Source: Azolla caroliniana
Taxonomy: Eukaryota > Plantae > Polypodiophyta
NCBI GenBank assembly: GCA_043228905.1
Contig: JBHGNT010000015.1
Span: 1,364,001 to 1,428,000, forward strand
Direction: 5' to 3'
DNA length: 64,000 bases
Part shown: positions 26,563-38,990 of the stretch, piece by piece
Layout: the number at the start of each line of letters is the position of its first letter
Numbering within the stretch: position 1 is the first letter of the stretch
The notes under the pieces: model-generated
Databases searched by the model: none
Told to the model about the DNA's origin: nothing
The model's input: only the letters and a program-made list of their open reading frames with translations
Program-made: the position numbers and the translations under genes

Positions 26563-27364
26563 TAACTATAGGAACAAGGATCGAGCTTCTAGTTCTACTC
26601 GAAAAAAGTACTAAGATACACTTATGGAACATGGTTTTTTTTCTTCCAGTTACTTCGTTCTTTTTTTATGAAAAGCAGAAATCTTTAGGGCAATGTTTTT
26701 TTCTATCACAATCTGAGAGGGGTCGAATTCGAAGAGAAAAAAAAACCTATTTTTTTGGGGGTTGCCATAAACAAGTTTTGACACTGATTCTCCACCCATC
26801 AGAAGCCTTTTTCTGTTACATGCAGAGAGGTCGAATCCATGTATTCCATTGCTTTTTAATGTCTGGTCGCAAATTCAAATACATAAATGATGTGCGGCGT
26901 AGTTATTGCTTTCTCGTACCGCCAAAAGTAATTTCTTCTGTTTATTATTATTTATCTTTGGTTCTGTTTTTTATGTCTATCTGACCTCTACTTTCGTTTA
27001 TTATGTCTAACTAATATCTCGTTTTGTTTTAGATAGAGCATACAAATCAATCTTGATACTATTAAGTGTTTATCATAACATGAAGAAGGCAAATAGCTTG
27101 ATCTAACATTAAGTGTAACATGAGATAATCTTTTGTTATATACAGTTTCAACTCTATAAAAACATTATGATGTTGCAATGTCTTTTGTTGCATTTTCTTA
27201 AAAGTGGTTTGGTTCTTATTTTTTCGTAAACGGTTTGGTTTCTCCTACTTTTTAAATGGTTTGATTTAAATGGTTCGGTTCTAAATAGTTTGGTTTAAAT
27301 GACTTCAAAGTTTTCAAACGGTTTGGTTCAGAATTTTTTATTAATAAATGGTTTGGTTTGGTTT

Positions 27365-27427
27365 CCCGCTCAGGAAGGCGGCGCGGAGCTCCTGGTTCGC
27401 CGCCTCCGCTTCTTGGCTTGGGTCCAT
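27365..27427 (-). pseudogene. Truncated ALDH3 copy (first 21 codons)
   Basis: MDPSQEAEAANQELRAAFLSG runs into the hAT subterminal sequence (KPNQTIY*). Confidence 0.88.
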
Positions 27428-27900
27428 GACCCTGCCGAACCGAACCGATGCCTAGCCGAACCGAGCCAAACTGAAAGGAGCGCTTGTGATTGCAAGTAAC
27501 TGAAATATCCCTACACCTCCTCTGCTCCTCTCCTAAAATACCCCCCAGAGATCTCTACCAACCTCTCTTACCACATTTATGATGAGACCCATGCATCCCT
27601 ATCCATACATACATACTATACCTATATGCTATACTATACTACACAATGTACATACATATTGATATATTATATATACAATGTACATACATACATCCATACA
27701 TTATTATTACATATATACATGTTATACATACTAGACATACATGCTATACTATACTACACAATGTACATACATATATTATATATACATACATCCATACATT
27801 ATTATTACATACATACATGTTATACATACTAGAGTCTAGACATACATTTACATACATACATTATACCTATATACGTTATGTCATAGTATGAACCATACGT

Positions 27901-28667
27901 TGTCGTAGTGTATTTCGTACACTACGTGAAAAAGTAAAAAATAATATAACCGATTTAATTACATATAAATAAATAAAATAATATATCAAGATATTTATCA
28001 CGTGCATAGGGCAGGATTCAAACCCTATACCTCCACGTAGCCAAACCTCAACTTTACCATTATGCTACCTTATCTTTAGTGTTCTATAAATAGATTTAAT
28101 AACTATAAGTGCTTTATTTGCGCCTACCTTTATTAAAAGGTAAATCATGTATTTTTAGAGTGCGTGAATATTTTATAGAAAAACGCAAGCGACTAAAAAG
28201 TGACTCATGCACATCTAGCGTGCATGAGCACTATATTTAGCAAATAAAAGCAAGGATTAGAAAAGCATCACATGCACATTTAGTGTGCATGAACATATTA
28301 GAAAAAAAAAGCATGTAGCTATGCTTAGTCTCTCCCATCACTACATAAGGATGGGGAGCACAATGTAATAGGTGTGTGAAATATTTGGAAATTGGATATA
28401 TTTCCGAAAACACCAACCGAAAATAATATAATCTATACTTGTGGGATTCACAAGTTTCTTATATATTTCTTTCAATCTAAATACATATTCTTATCTAAAT
28501 ATTGATTAATCGAATACAATACACTCGTGGGATTCACGAAATTTCTATCTCTCTTTCTAATAATCTATTCATTACTAGCCTCATCTCATATTCTTCTTTC
28601 TCCTAGTCCAAAACCTCGGCGGTTCCCACCCGACTCACGCAACGATCCGGAGCCGAAAGGCACGACA
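27901..28667. mobile_element. Solo LTR (767 bp) with 4-bp TSD ACGT
   Basis: TGTCGT...ACGACA termini, ACGT at 27897-27900 and 28668-28671. The empty site (accatacgtgcatgg) is present in copy A at ~20206-20220. Confidence 0.88.
28000..28070 (-). promoter_or_regulatory. tRNA-derived Pol III internal promoter (A and B boxes)
   Basis: Minus strand reads ggTAGCATAATGGtaaag...agGGTTTGAATCCtgccc, with tRNA-like spacing. Confidence 0.6.
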
Positions 28668-30650
28668 ACGTGCATGGTATGCTAAACATATATACGTTAC
28701 GTCATAGTATGAACCATACACGCATGGTATGGTATAGTATAAATCATTCGAGTATGGTAAACACTCTCGAAGAATGGTAAATACCATACTTTTAGATTAA
28801 CTATTTATTATGAGGTAAATCAACCTAAAGAAAAAGGAAAAAAAACAATAAAAAAGGGGAAACCCCCCCCACAAAAAACACACGAATGTTTGAATAACAT
28901 TCGCATTCGTTTTCCAACGTATGAAAACAAATGCTATGCTAGACGAACACGAATTTTACGTATTATGCGTTACGTACGAACATACATACATACATATGTA
29001 TGTATATGCATACCTCCATCCACATACACTTTTTAGTTTTTCGGCTACCCACCCCCTAGCACGACACCACCAACATCTGCCATGATTCTGCTCCTTACAT
29101 TTCGGTCCCAACACGATCTGTAACTTTCGCTCCCGCAATCATCGTGAACCCTCTTTCTTGCTGAAAACAAACAAACTATGTATAGCCGACAAGAATGTCC
29201 CTTTTGTGATGGGATGGGATGGGAATGCAATGTGGGAGCCACTTAGTTCCTACCATCCTGAGATATTGGTTGCTCTCTCTATCATTGAACATTGATGGCC
29301 TTTGTCCATCGCCAGCATGATAAATGGATATATTGGTCGCTTTTCAAGTATGCTCATACTGCTATGTCTAAGGCTCGAAGTGTAATAAGTTAAGAATGAA
29401 ACATCTTTTTCCAAAAGGAAGATGAGATCTTACCAACACCATACGCATGCCCATACAAATGTTCTAATTTTACCAACTTCAATCATTCCCCTTGAATGGC
29501 CACATAATGCAAATAATGATGAAAATCATATAGCTTCATACTTAAAAGTGTCAACAACTTAACAACTACCAAAAATTTATTAGAGTCCACATATGTCTTC
29601 GATAAGGTGGAGTCCAACGCACTCTCATAGCAAGGACCATATTATTGCTCTATCAATAGGAAACTAGGGAAGGAGCCACCACAAAGGCCAATTTATAATC
29701 TTTTGTCATTCACACTTGACGTTCTTTGAAGGTTTATTGATGAGAATTTGATGATGGAATTTATGTGACAATTGTGATCCCCTATTACTAATGCACCTAT
29801 CTTCATTATTAAGATGAAAGATGGTGTTCTTCATTCGGTTGTGGATTATTAAGAATTGAATAAGGTCACTCTTCAAATGATTAGATATGCTTTGTCGTAG
29901 TTCTCAAATTTTTGGATAAACGCCTAGAGTCAAATATGTATGTCAAAGAGCTAGATTTTAAAGGTGCTGACATCCTTCTTTGGATATATTTTGGTGAATG
30001 ACTGGAAGATTGCTTTTTGCACGTGATATGGACACTTTGGATATACACTCATATATGTTAGTTATGGGATATTCTATAATATATAAATTAATAAAGCGAG
30101 GGGTTAATTATAGACAACAAAAGAAAGGGATGGGTATTGTTTGGTATTGATAGAAGTAATCACCCTACAAACACATCAAGGCTCAATATTAGAATATGTA
30201 AAGTTATAGGCCTCGTTCTAGAGGTCCAAAGGAATTAAAGAGGCAGATAGGTACATGAAAAGGTGATGGGAAGTGTGGTCCTTCCCCAATCACACTCAAC
30301 AATTAAATCACTATTTTTGTAAATTGATCGGGGGAGCTTTTGGGATGCTTATAATGGATTTTGCTGAAAGATCATTAAGACAATCAAATTATATCAAGCG
30401 AGCTGCGAATCACATTCCTCTCCTTGTTATACCTACTAACTAATAGAGTATACACATTGTGTGCTCTAACTGATTTTAAGGGCCAAGACAAGAACAATAT
30501 TGGGATACACCAACTTACATTAATGCAAATATTTCACTAGTGATATCATGGGCCTAAAGCTCAAAAAAGTTTATTTTGTTCTTTTGTATATGTTTATGAC
30601 ATAAATAAGCCTCTCTAAAAAGCTTATGCCCTTTTGAAGTTATGATCAAG

Positions 30651-31145
30651 TAGCAATGGGCATGGTTTTGGCTCGAACCGAACCGAACCGTTAAGCCATG
30701 GTTTAACGGTTTATTGGTTCCAAAATAATTTAATGGTTTGGTTTAGTTTTTCAATAAACAGTTTGGTTTGGTTCTAACACTCTGGTTTGTAGGTTTTTGG
30801 TTAACTTTTTCTTTACCTTAATAGTTAACTAATTTAATTAATGGTTCAATTAAAGTTTCTTTTATTGATTGAATAAATTTAACTTAAATGCTTATTTAAT
30901 TTAATGTATTTTTATTTCTTTAGATTTTTAATTAGTTTGACTTAAATGGTAAAGGTTAAATTTTTATTAAATGGTTCGGTTTGGTTTCAACTTTGCCCTA
31001 AACCGGTTTGGGTTTAAATGGTTTGGTTTACTTTTTCTTAAATGGTTTAAGAGTTCATAAATAGTTTGGTTTTGTTTTGTTTTATATGAACGGTTTGGTT
31101 CAGTTTCTTTGGCTTGGAACTGAAACCGAACCCTGCCCATTGCTA
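30651..31145 (+). mobile_element. hAT MITE B (495 bp)
   Basis: TIRs tagcaatgggc / gcccattgcta; 8-bp TSD tgatcaag / tgctcaag. Confidence 0.92.
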
Positions 31146-31239
31146 TGCTCAAGTCACAAGTAACCATGTATATTCTGCATGCTTAGCAATATGTTCCAAC
31201 CAATTTCTGGTAGGTTATTAACATTTAGATTGTATATTA

Positions 31240-34200
31240 ACCGGGGCGCGACGAAGGCGTTCCGGGAGTTCGAGCGACAACTTGCTCGGCTCCCAGAGCG
31301 GGAACAAGGTCTGGTGGGGGCGGACAAAGTCCTTTTGTTCGTCAGGTCGATTGACCGAGCGGAACGGGAAGCCATCGGGATTGAGCTCGAAGACGATGAT
31401 GGAGCGAATGGGCTTACGGAGGACTGGTCGAAGGTCGGAAGGGTGTGCCAACGGCTAGATGATGAGCGAGCCGAGAAGACTAAGAGGAAGGGACGCGACG
31501 ACGTGCCAGCACAGTGGGAAGAGGCTGAACGGCAAAGAGAGTCAGCAAGGGTCGGCGTTGGGGCCAGTATTGCGGAGGCGTACGCAGCTCTCAAAGCGAT
31601 GCTCGAGGAAGAGGGAAGATCGAGGCCGGAAGCCGAGACCGAGGAGACGAACTTGCCCCACGCGACGGCGGAAGATCGGTACGATGGTACCACGGGAGAG
31701 GGTGCGGAACGAAACGCCCTCTCGACTTGCGGAGATAGAACGGCCAAGGACGAGGCCGAGATACAGATCGCGGAACCGGATCATTGGGACCGGCGATTTC
31801 GGGCGTGTCAACCCGAGATCCCGGCCATTGGAGAAGCAAGCCCAGACGGGGCTTGCGCGATCGGTAAGAAGACGACCGCTGACCACGGAGAGTCGGTGGC
31901 TACGGACAAGGGCGTAAACCGGTGTCGCATTGTTACGCGCGTGCATGGAGAAAGGCGGGACCACGGGGGTCTTGGACTAGGGAGTGATGGAGCATAGGAA
32001 GTCGTGCTTTACCGTTTCTAGGGCATCCCAGAAACACTCCGGAAGCAACCGAAGGGAGAGAGAGAGAGAGAGAGTGTGTGTGTGTGCTTGGCACCGACTC
32101 ACGCACACACACGCACACACACGCACACACAACCCGACCCGACTCACGCCCTTATGTACAGAAAACGTAGGAAAGGGGGAAGCACCCGACACCAACAGAG
32201 ACGCGGATATACACAGACAGACGCAAATGTATATATATATAAAGAAGAATACATTCCCGGCTTCGAGCCAGACTGAGGTAGGTTACAGTAGTCGTCTGCT
32301 GCCAAGCCGCCGTCGGGGAGCTCTCGGCTCGTCGCGCCGAGCGGGGTCTTGCACAGGAGGTCGCCCAAACCAAACCCTAAGCAGAACATGAAGGGGGAGA
32401 AGAAGGAGAAGAAGAAACCTAACTCTAAACCTAACGGTATACCCTTTTATAGAACAAGGAAAGGGATGTGTTACAATGTGGGACAAATCCCGACTTTCAT
32501 GGGATCGTCTGTCCCGACTTGACTACTCTTCGGCGCCATAAAGGCGCCCTCGATATTCACACTAAATGTACAAGGTTGCTTACACATGCTGCACCCCACC
32601 GATGTAGCCAATGTTTCCCGGTTTCCGCCTCTGGCCGAAATTCTTTGTGTCTTCCCACACTTGCTCCCGAGACGATGGCAGTCGGGCCCGAGTGCCCATG
32701 TAAGTCCCAAGCGGAGGAAGGCGGCAGCGAAAGGGCAAGAATCGAGATGATACGAGGAAGGAACGGACGAGAGCCCACGGACCCGATTCCGGAGAACTCG
32801 GCATTCGGGCCCGTATGCCCATGTAAGACCGAGGAGATGGATAGCGGTACCGAGGAGTCCTGGCACGATGCCAGCGAAGACGGATGGGAGACGACCTACG
32901 AGAAGGCCAAGGATGGACACGACACGAGGAGATCGGCATTCCGATACGGGTGGAGCGTGATCCGGTCGTGGATTGTTCGATTGGGGCCGGATTCGGCATG
33001 AAAGTGCCGATACGGAAGGGGGTGCGGGACGAGCCGCCCTCTTTTACATGGGGAGAAAGACCGACCGGGCGAAGGTCGAGATTTGGAAAGAGAATGAAAG
33101 CCGGTCCTATGGGATTCCTTACACCGATCCGGCTGCAGGCCCGAGTGCCGGCGTGAGTCCTATAAGAGAGATCGGTGGCGATAGGAGAACGGGACTTGGC
33201 AATCCGGAGAAGGACGAACAGACCCGAACGAGAACCGGGCGGAGCGGACTCCCGGATGACCATTCCGGGAGGGAGGAAGAGAGCAGGCCTACGAAGAGGC
33301 CGAGGACACGGTACGTCGGTACCACGGGAGAGGATGCGGAGTAAACCGCCCTCTCGGCATGCGGAAAAGGACGACCCGGGACAGGGTCAAGAAGGCGACG
33401 AACGCCTACGGAGGATCCTTCACACCGGTTCTAGAGACTTCGGTAGTCGGCAACGCAGTCGACGTAAGACCAAGGTACTGACGGTGGCGGCGAGGTGACG
33501 AAGGCAAGGGCTATGGATGGGCGGTCTACGGAGGATCCTTCACACCGGATCTAGAGACTTCGACAGTCGGCAACGCGGTCGACGTAAGACCAAGATACTG
33601 ACGGTGGCGGCGAGGTGACGAAGGCAATGGGCGTGAGAAAGTTCGGTCCTACGGGATCCCCACATCGGATCCGGAGACTCCGGCTATTCTGCCAACGTGG
33701 CAACGTAAGACCGAGGGAGAAGGGAGGTGGCGGCGGGAAACGGGACCCGGCTACGCGGAAGACACGAGGAGAGTCCGGGAGGGACTCAAACAAAAGGCAC
33801 CCGAATTTCGGCAAGCATAGAAACGGAGTCCGGTCCTATGGGACCCTCACACTAATCCGGAGACTCCGGCAGTTCGGCCAACGTGGCAACGTGAGACCGA
33901 GGGAGAAGGACGGTGGCGGTAGGGAACGGGACTCGATGACACGAGGCTTCGGAAGGAGCCGATAGGGCAAACACGGGGAGGTATGTCATGCCGGAAAGGC
34001 ACACCTGGAACATAACAAGAGTCTCGCAAATGGCCATCGCGGGCCGGATCGAAGCGTGACTACGGGACGACGTTCGGCGCAGGCGGTGCCGAACAATGGG
34101 AGCGAAAGACGGCACAAGAGAGGTGCCGGGAACGAGGTGACAAGTGCCTAGTGGACTGCACAGGGTCGGAATCAAGATGGCAAGAGAGGCCGGAGGAGGA

Positions 34201-35751
34201 TCCTCCACACTCGCTTCGTAGATCTCGGTAGCTCCGTCGAAGTAGCGAAGACTGACACGGCAAGCCGGGATGACAAGCTGGTGGGGGCGAGGGGACGACG
34301 GCAAGCGGAAGACTCAGGGCCTGTTGCAGCAACACGAAGACGGGAAGGGCCAAACGGGCTACTACCGTGTGTTCCTCGGATGCAAAGGACACCGGTATGC
34401 GGGTGAGCGGCGATGCACGATCTGGTCGGAAAGGGGCTGACAAGGCGTGCAATGAACCGGAGTACGGCACAGCCGGTGCCAAACAATGGATGAGGGTATG
34501 TGGCACACGAAGGTGCCGGAGCGGAAAGGCGAGCGCGGAGAAGGCCGGAAAGGGATCCTCCACACCGTTCCGGGGACCATGGCGGTTCGAGCCGACGCGG
34601 CAATGTAAGACCATGGAAAAGGAAGGTGGCGGCGAGAGGGTGGTGGCCACGCGAGGCAACATGGGACGAAAACCAGGACATCACGGATGGTCAACGGAGG
34701 CCAAGCGGGCCACTATGGGCATGCCTCATGTGGAGGATATCGGGGTGTACGGCGGGAAGCAGGGCGTTCATACGGCCGAACAAGGGCCAACGGAAGTATG
34801 CGTACTATGGAGATCGTGGCAGAGGACCCATCGATGGGTCGAACGAGCCTACGGGGAGGCAAGCGCGAAGGAAGAATCGAAGCCAACGGATCAACCGGCA
34901 GCGAGCCGGGATGCGGATCACGGTTGACTGTTTTCCCGCTGGCCGAAATCTCTCACCCTTCAACCAGATTTGGCATGTACCAGTGGACGTGCAGTTAGTG
35001 ACGGGTCGAACGAGCCTACGGGGAGGCAAGCGCGAAGGAAGAATCGAAGCCGACGGATCAACCGGCAACGAGCCGGGATGCGGATCACGGTTGACTGGTT
35101 TCCCGCTGGCTGAAATCTCTCACCCTTCAACCAGATTTGGCACGTACCAGTGGACGTGCAGTTAGGTGGGGGCGGATGTCGTGAAAAATTTCGGCCAGAG
35201 GTGGAAACCGGGAAACATTGGCTACATCGGCGGGGTGCAGTGTGTGTAAGCACCCTTGTATATTTAGTGAGAATATCGAGGGCGCCTTTATGGCGCCGAA
35301 GAGTAGTCAAGTTGGGACAGACGATCCCATGAAAGTCGGGATTTGTCCCACATTGTAACACATCCCTTTCCTTGTTCTATAAAAGGAAGGGAGCGCCCTT
35401 TGTGTAGGGGTTGCCTATTTTGTGTGAGTAAGGTATTAATACCACTTAGTCGAGGGTTCTACTTCTTCCCATTTCGTTTTAGGGTTAGGGTTTCGGTTAA
35501 GGTTTTCTTCTTGGGTTTTCCTTTAGGGTTTTCCATATAGTCGTTTGGTGCAGCCATGGCGGCCACCATTTTGTTGTAATCATTCATTTCTTAATAGAAC
35601 TTCTTGTGGAGTATCTTGATTGCATCTTCTTCTTCTATCATAATGTCATATTCGTTCTCTTCTCCTCTTGAGCTAATCTTTCTCCTCCACTCCCTAGTCC
35701 AAGACCCCCATGGTCCCGCCTTTCTCCACGCATGCGCGTAACAACGCGACA
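31240..35751 (+). mobile_element. 5'-truncated non-autonomous (gag-only) Gypsy element E1; 3' LTR 35177-35751
   Basis: gag fragment RGATKAFREFERQLARL...VLLFVRSID, PPT aggtgggggcgga at 35164-35176, LTR TGTCGTGAA...GCGACA. The internal region is the reverse complement of E2. Confidence 0.85.
31923..32645 (-). mobile_element. Near-complete LTR of the same family inserted antisense into E1
   Basis: Aligns to 43554-44295 but lacks the final cacgaca. Left flank is CCGG. Confidence 0.85.
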
Positions 35752-36042
35752 ACGGAATATCAATGAAGGGTTGCACAAGTTAGCATACGAGATGATGTTC
35801 CTTCAATTTTCTTTAAATGGAGCTTCACATCCCCAACATGTAGGTACCCTTGCAAACATGTTGTCTATGTGAGGGATAATATGCTTGTACTCGACGATTG
35901 TGTAAGTATGGAAGTGTTGTGCAAGTAGATATGTGCTTACGTGAAAGTGAGTTGGTGTAATGTGTGTATAAGTGCAAATATTCATGTGTGTTTTAGAAAC
36001 TTGAGTGTGAATTTTGCATGTGCATGCTCTTGTGCTTTTATT

Positions 36043-38990
36043 TAGCGATGGGCCCAGTTCGGTTCGGTTTTTTGGCCTTGAAACCAAACCAAACCATATT
36101 GATTAATAATTTTTTTTGAACCAAACCGTTTGAAAACTTTGAAGTCATTTAAACCAAACTATTTAGAACCGAACCATTTAAATCAAACCATTTAAAAAGT
36201 AGGAGAAACCAAACCGTTTATGAACTATTTAGAACCAAACCAAACCGTTTACGAAAAAATAAAAACTAAACCACTTTAAAATGCAACAAAAGACATTACA
36301 ACATCATAATGTTTTTATAGAGTTGAAACTGTATATAACAAAAGATTATCTCATGTTACGCTTAATGTTAGATCAAGCTATTTGCCTTCTTCATGTTATG
36401 ATAAACATTGAATAGTATCAAGATTGATTTGTACGCTCTATCTAAAACAAAACGAGATATTAGTTAGACATAATAAACAAAAGTAGAGGTCAGATAGACA
36501 TAAAAACTAGAACCAAAGATAACTAATAATAAGCAGAAGAAATTAAAGAAAGAAAAACAGAAATTTACACATTTTCAATGCTTTTTGAATAAGAATATCA
36601 TAAATTATAATAAACAAAAATTTACACCACATTTTCTGAAATTTAAGTTTTGTGGAGAATTTTAAGATAAAACATCAAAAAGTAAAAGTTTTTTGGATTG
36701 AAATCCTAGAGCTTATGACCAACAATCGATCTTATAGAGTTCAAGTTTGCATTAAGTTTGTACCTACTATCCACAACAAAGTGAACAATATAAGAAAAAT
36801 GTGAAAAACCTCTACATAAACTAACGCTCCTCTTTTAGTTTCCAATGTTTACTTTCAGCTTGAATTACGGATTCCTGGAAGTATAAAATATGTAAAAAGA
36901 AGTAATTAGTAATAAAAATTAAAGAATAAAATAAAAACAAAATCGTAAAAAACATGCACTAAAAAGTTACAATGTCTTCGAGGATCTCCATTTGCAACTT
37001 GCATTTCATGGACTTGTGAAAAACTATTATGATTCTTGTACCATGAATGTATAGAAAACATAAAATAAGTAAGAAACTAGGAATAAAAAATAAAATTAAA
37101 GAATTAAATAAAAAGTATGCACACCTTATCTCCAATGATTATCACGTAACATGTAATCTATTACCTCGTCTTCACCAACAAGATTATCTAGATTAAATTT
37201 TAGTTCTTCGTAAGCCATGTGAAAGTTATTTGTTATCCGAACATCAGATTCTTGCAAAACTTCTATCCATGATCGAATACACATTTCGGCCTTGAATGTG
37301 CATTAATGTAGTTTGATCTTGTCATCAAAGGTCATTTTTGGTGCTGAATTTGCCTCTTCAACAAGTACTGATGATGCTGGTAAAGCAAGGTAATCACATG
37401 CCATCCTATATAGTTGTGGCATTGCAGATTTATTATCATGCCACCATTGTAAAGGATCCTTGTCTGTGCTAGCTTAATGAAGTCTTATGAACTACTCAAT
37501 TTCTGATCGTGAATCGGAAACAAGACTTTTATTATGTACACCCATTAACCTCCAAATTTTAGAGTTATTATCAATTGGTTGTATTGTGGTTGAAGGTGGC
37601 TCAACACTAGTCGAGAATGAGTGGTAATGGAACTCAATCATGCCTTCAACCAACTTAATATCCAACTCTCTTTCTATATAATGGTCATTTGGAACATGCA
37701 TTGTATAAAGGAATGAAAAATATTATTAAACTCAAATAAAATATCAGAAAGCATGACGACAATTGTAAGACATAAAGGAAAGTATTACTTGGGATCAAGA
37801 AACATTGTAATGCGAGATGAAATAGACTTTAACGATTCTTGATACTTAATTAAATATTGTAATAAATTCTCATATGTTTTTGAAGCACCTCTTGTGTGAA
37901 TCTAGATGATCCTGGAAGTGAAGAATCTAAAAACTGATTACAATGATTTAGTAAACAATTATAAGCTAGCGATGTTAATGATAATGTGGGATATCTTGAT
38001 CCTCCTAGAAAGGTAGAAACCTCTATAGGTGTATCTAGTCATTCCTCCATAGCATGTATGTGACTCCAATCTTCTTTGGTCATGACATAACCATTGAAAT
38101 CACTTGAAATTGTTAGATCTGAAATTGTAAAATTCAATATATCTCTATCCTTAATAACTTGCCTAAACATTTCCAAAGTAGAATTCCATCTTGTAACAAC
38201 GTCAACCCTTGGGGGTTCCCTTTCACGATGTTCAACCATCCTAGTATACTTCCTAAACACTTCCCTTCGAAGCTTGCTAGATCTAATAATATGGAGCATT
38301 GTTCTCAACTCTTCTGTTGAGGGTGAGATAACCTCTAATGTTGACTTGATGCCCAACTGAAAGTGTGCACCATACATCTTAATATATGTGAGGGAGCCAA
38401 AATTTCCTTACCATGTTCATTTTGTAACACTTCCCTTCGAAGCTTGCTAGATCTAATAGTATGGAGCACTGTTCTCAACTTTTTTGTTGAGGGTGAGATA
38501 ACCTCTAATGTTGACTTGATGCCCAACTGAAAAGTATGCACCATACACCTTAACATATGTGAGGGAGCCAAAATTTCCTTACCATATTCATTTTGTAACA
38601 ACATGCTCAACTCTTTTGGAGCCGCTTGTGCATCACGAACTCCATAAAAAATTGTAGCTAATAATCGACTTAAAATATCAAAAGATTGAAGTCGACAAAA
38701 GAGGGTATGTGCACAACGTTTCCTTGATCCAACACTTGGAAATAGATGCACAAAATCCAATAGCATTGACCTTGATCTTGTTGTCTCGTGACATGCCCAA
38801 TGAAGTGTCACTGAGTAGAAGCCCTTTAGACTACTATTTGACCAACCATCAAAAGTAATAGAAAATCTTGATTGGCTTTTCGATAACAAATCTATCACTT
38901 GATGGCACAACACCACATACATTTCTAAGATGGAACATTTGATCGGGCCAAACTCAACTTCCCTAAGTGTGGGAACACACCTTAGCATAC
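36043..38990 (-). mobile_element. hAT element C, 5' end deleted
   Basis: TIR tagcgatgggc at 36043, AAACC subterminal repeats, transposase on the minus strand. Abuts a truncated Copia LTR at ~38991. Confidence 0.88.
37126..38988 (-). pseudogene. hAT transposase (Ac/ZBED-like), disrupted
   Basis: FSITFDGWSN, LRCMVHTFQL, DVVTRWNSTLEM and the dimerisation domain are present. A 170-bp internal tandem duplication (38256/38426) shifts the frame. Confidence 0.9.

Larger units (their letters stand above)
23841..26928. other. Mosaic NUPT: concatenated short plastid DNA fragments (3088 bp)
   Basis: Absent from the homologous position in element C. Contains pieces of at least five plastid genes in both orientations. 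Confidence 0.9.
22284..27364 (+). mobile_element. Composite non-autonomous hAT element A carrying a plastid mosaic; right TIR missing
   Basis: TIR tagcaatgggc at 22284 follows tgatcaag, with AACCG/AAACC subterminal repeats. 22567-23840 and 26929-27364 match the reverse complement of element C. The last ~37 bp, including the TIR, are absent. Confidence 0.88.
27365..30900. repeat. Segmental duplication copy B
   Basis: Starts ccgctcaggaaggcggcgcgg (equivalent to ~19495). Has two rather than four minisatellite units and one extra solo LTR. Confidence 0.92.

Noticed and set aside
23976-26614. Functional nuclear rpoB, rpoC2 or ndhK genes
   Set aside because: Short internal fragments fused to unrelated pieces, with no transit peptide or complete domain.
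23841-26928. CRISPR-like spacer array of plastid fragments
   Set aside because: No repeat separates the fragments and their lengths vary widely; junctions are direct fusions.
28000-28070. Functional tRNA gene
   Set aside because: A and B boxes are present, but acceptor and anticodon stems do not pair convincingly.
31923-35751. DIRS-like or foldback element with inverted LTRs
   Set aside because: No tyrosine recombinase; explained by an antisense insertion of a same-family LTR into E1.
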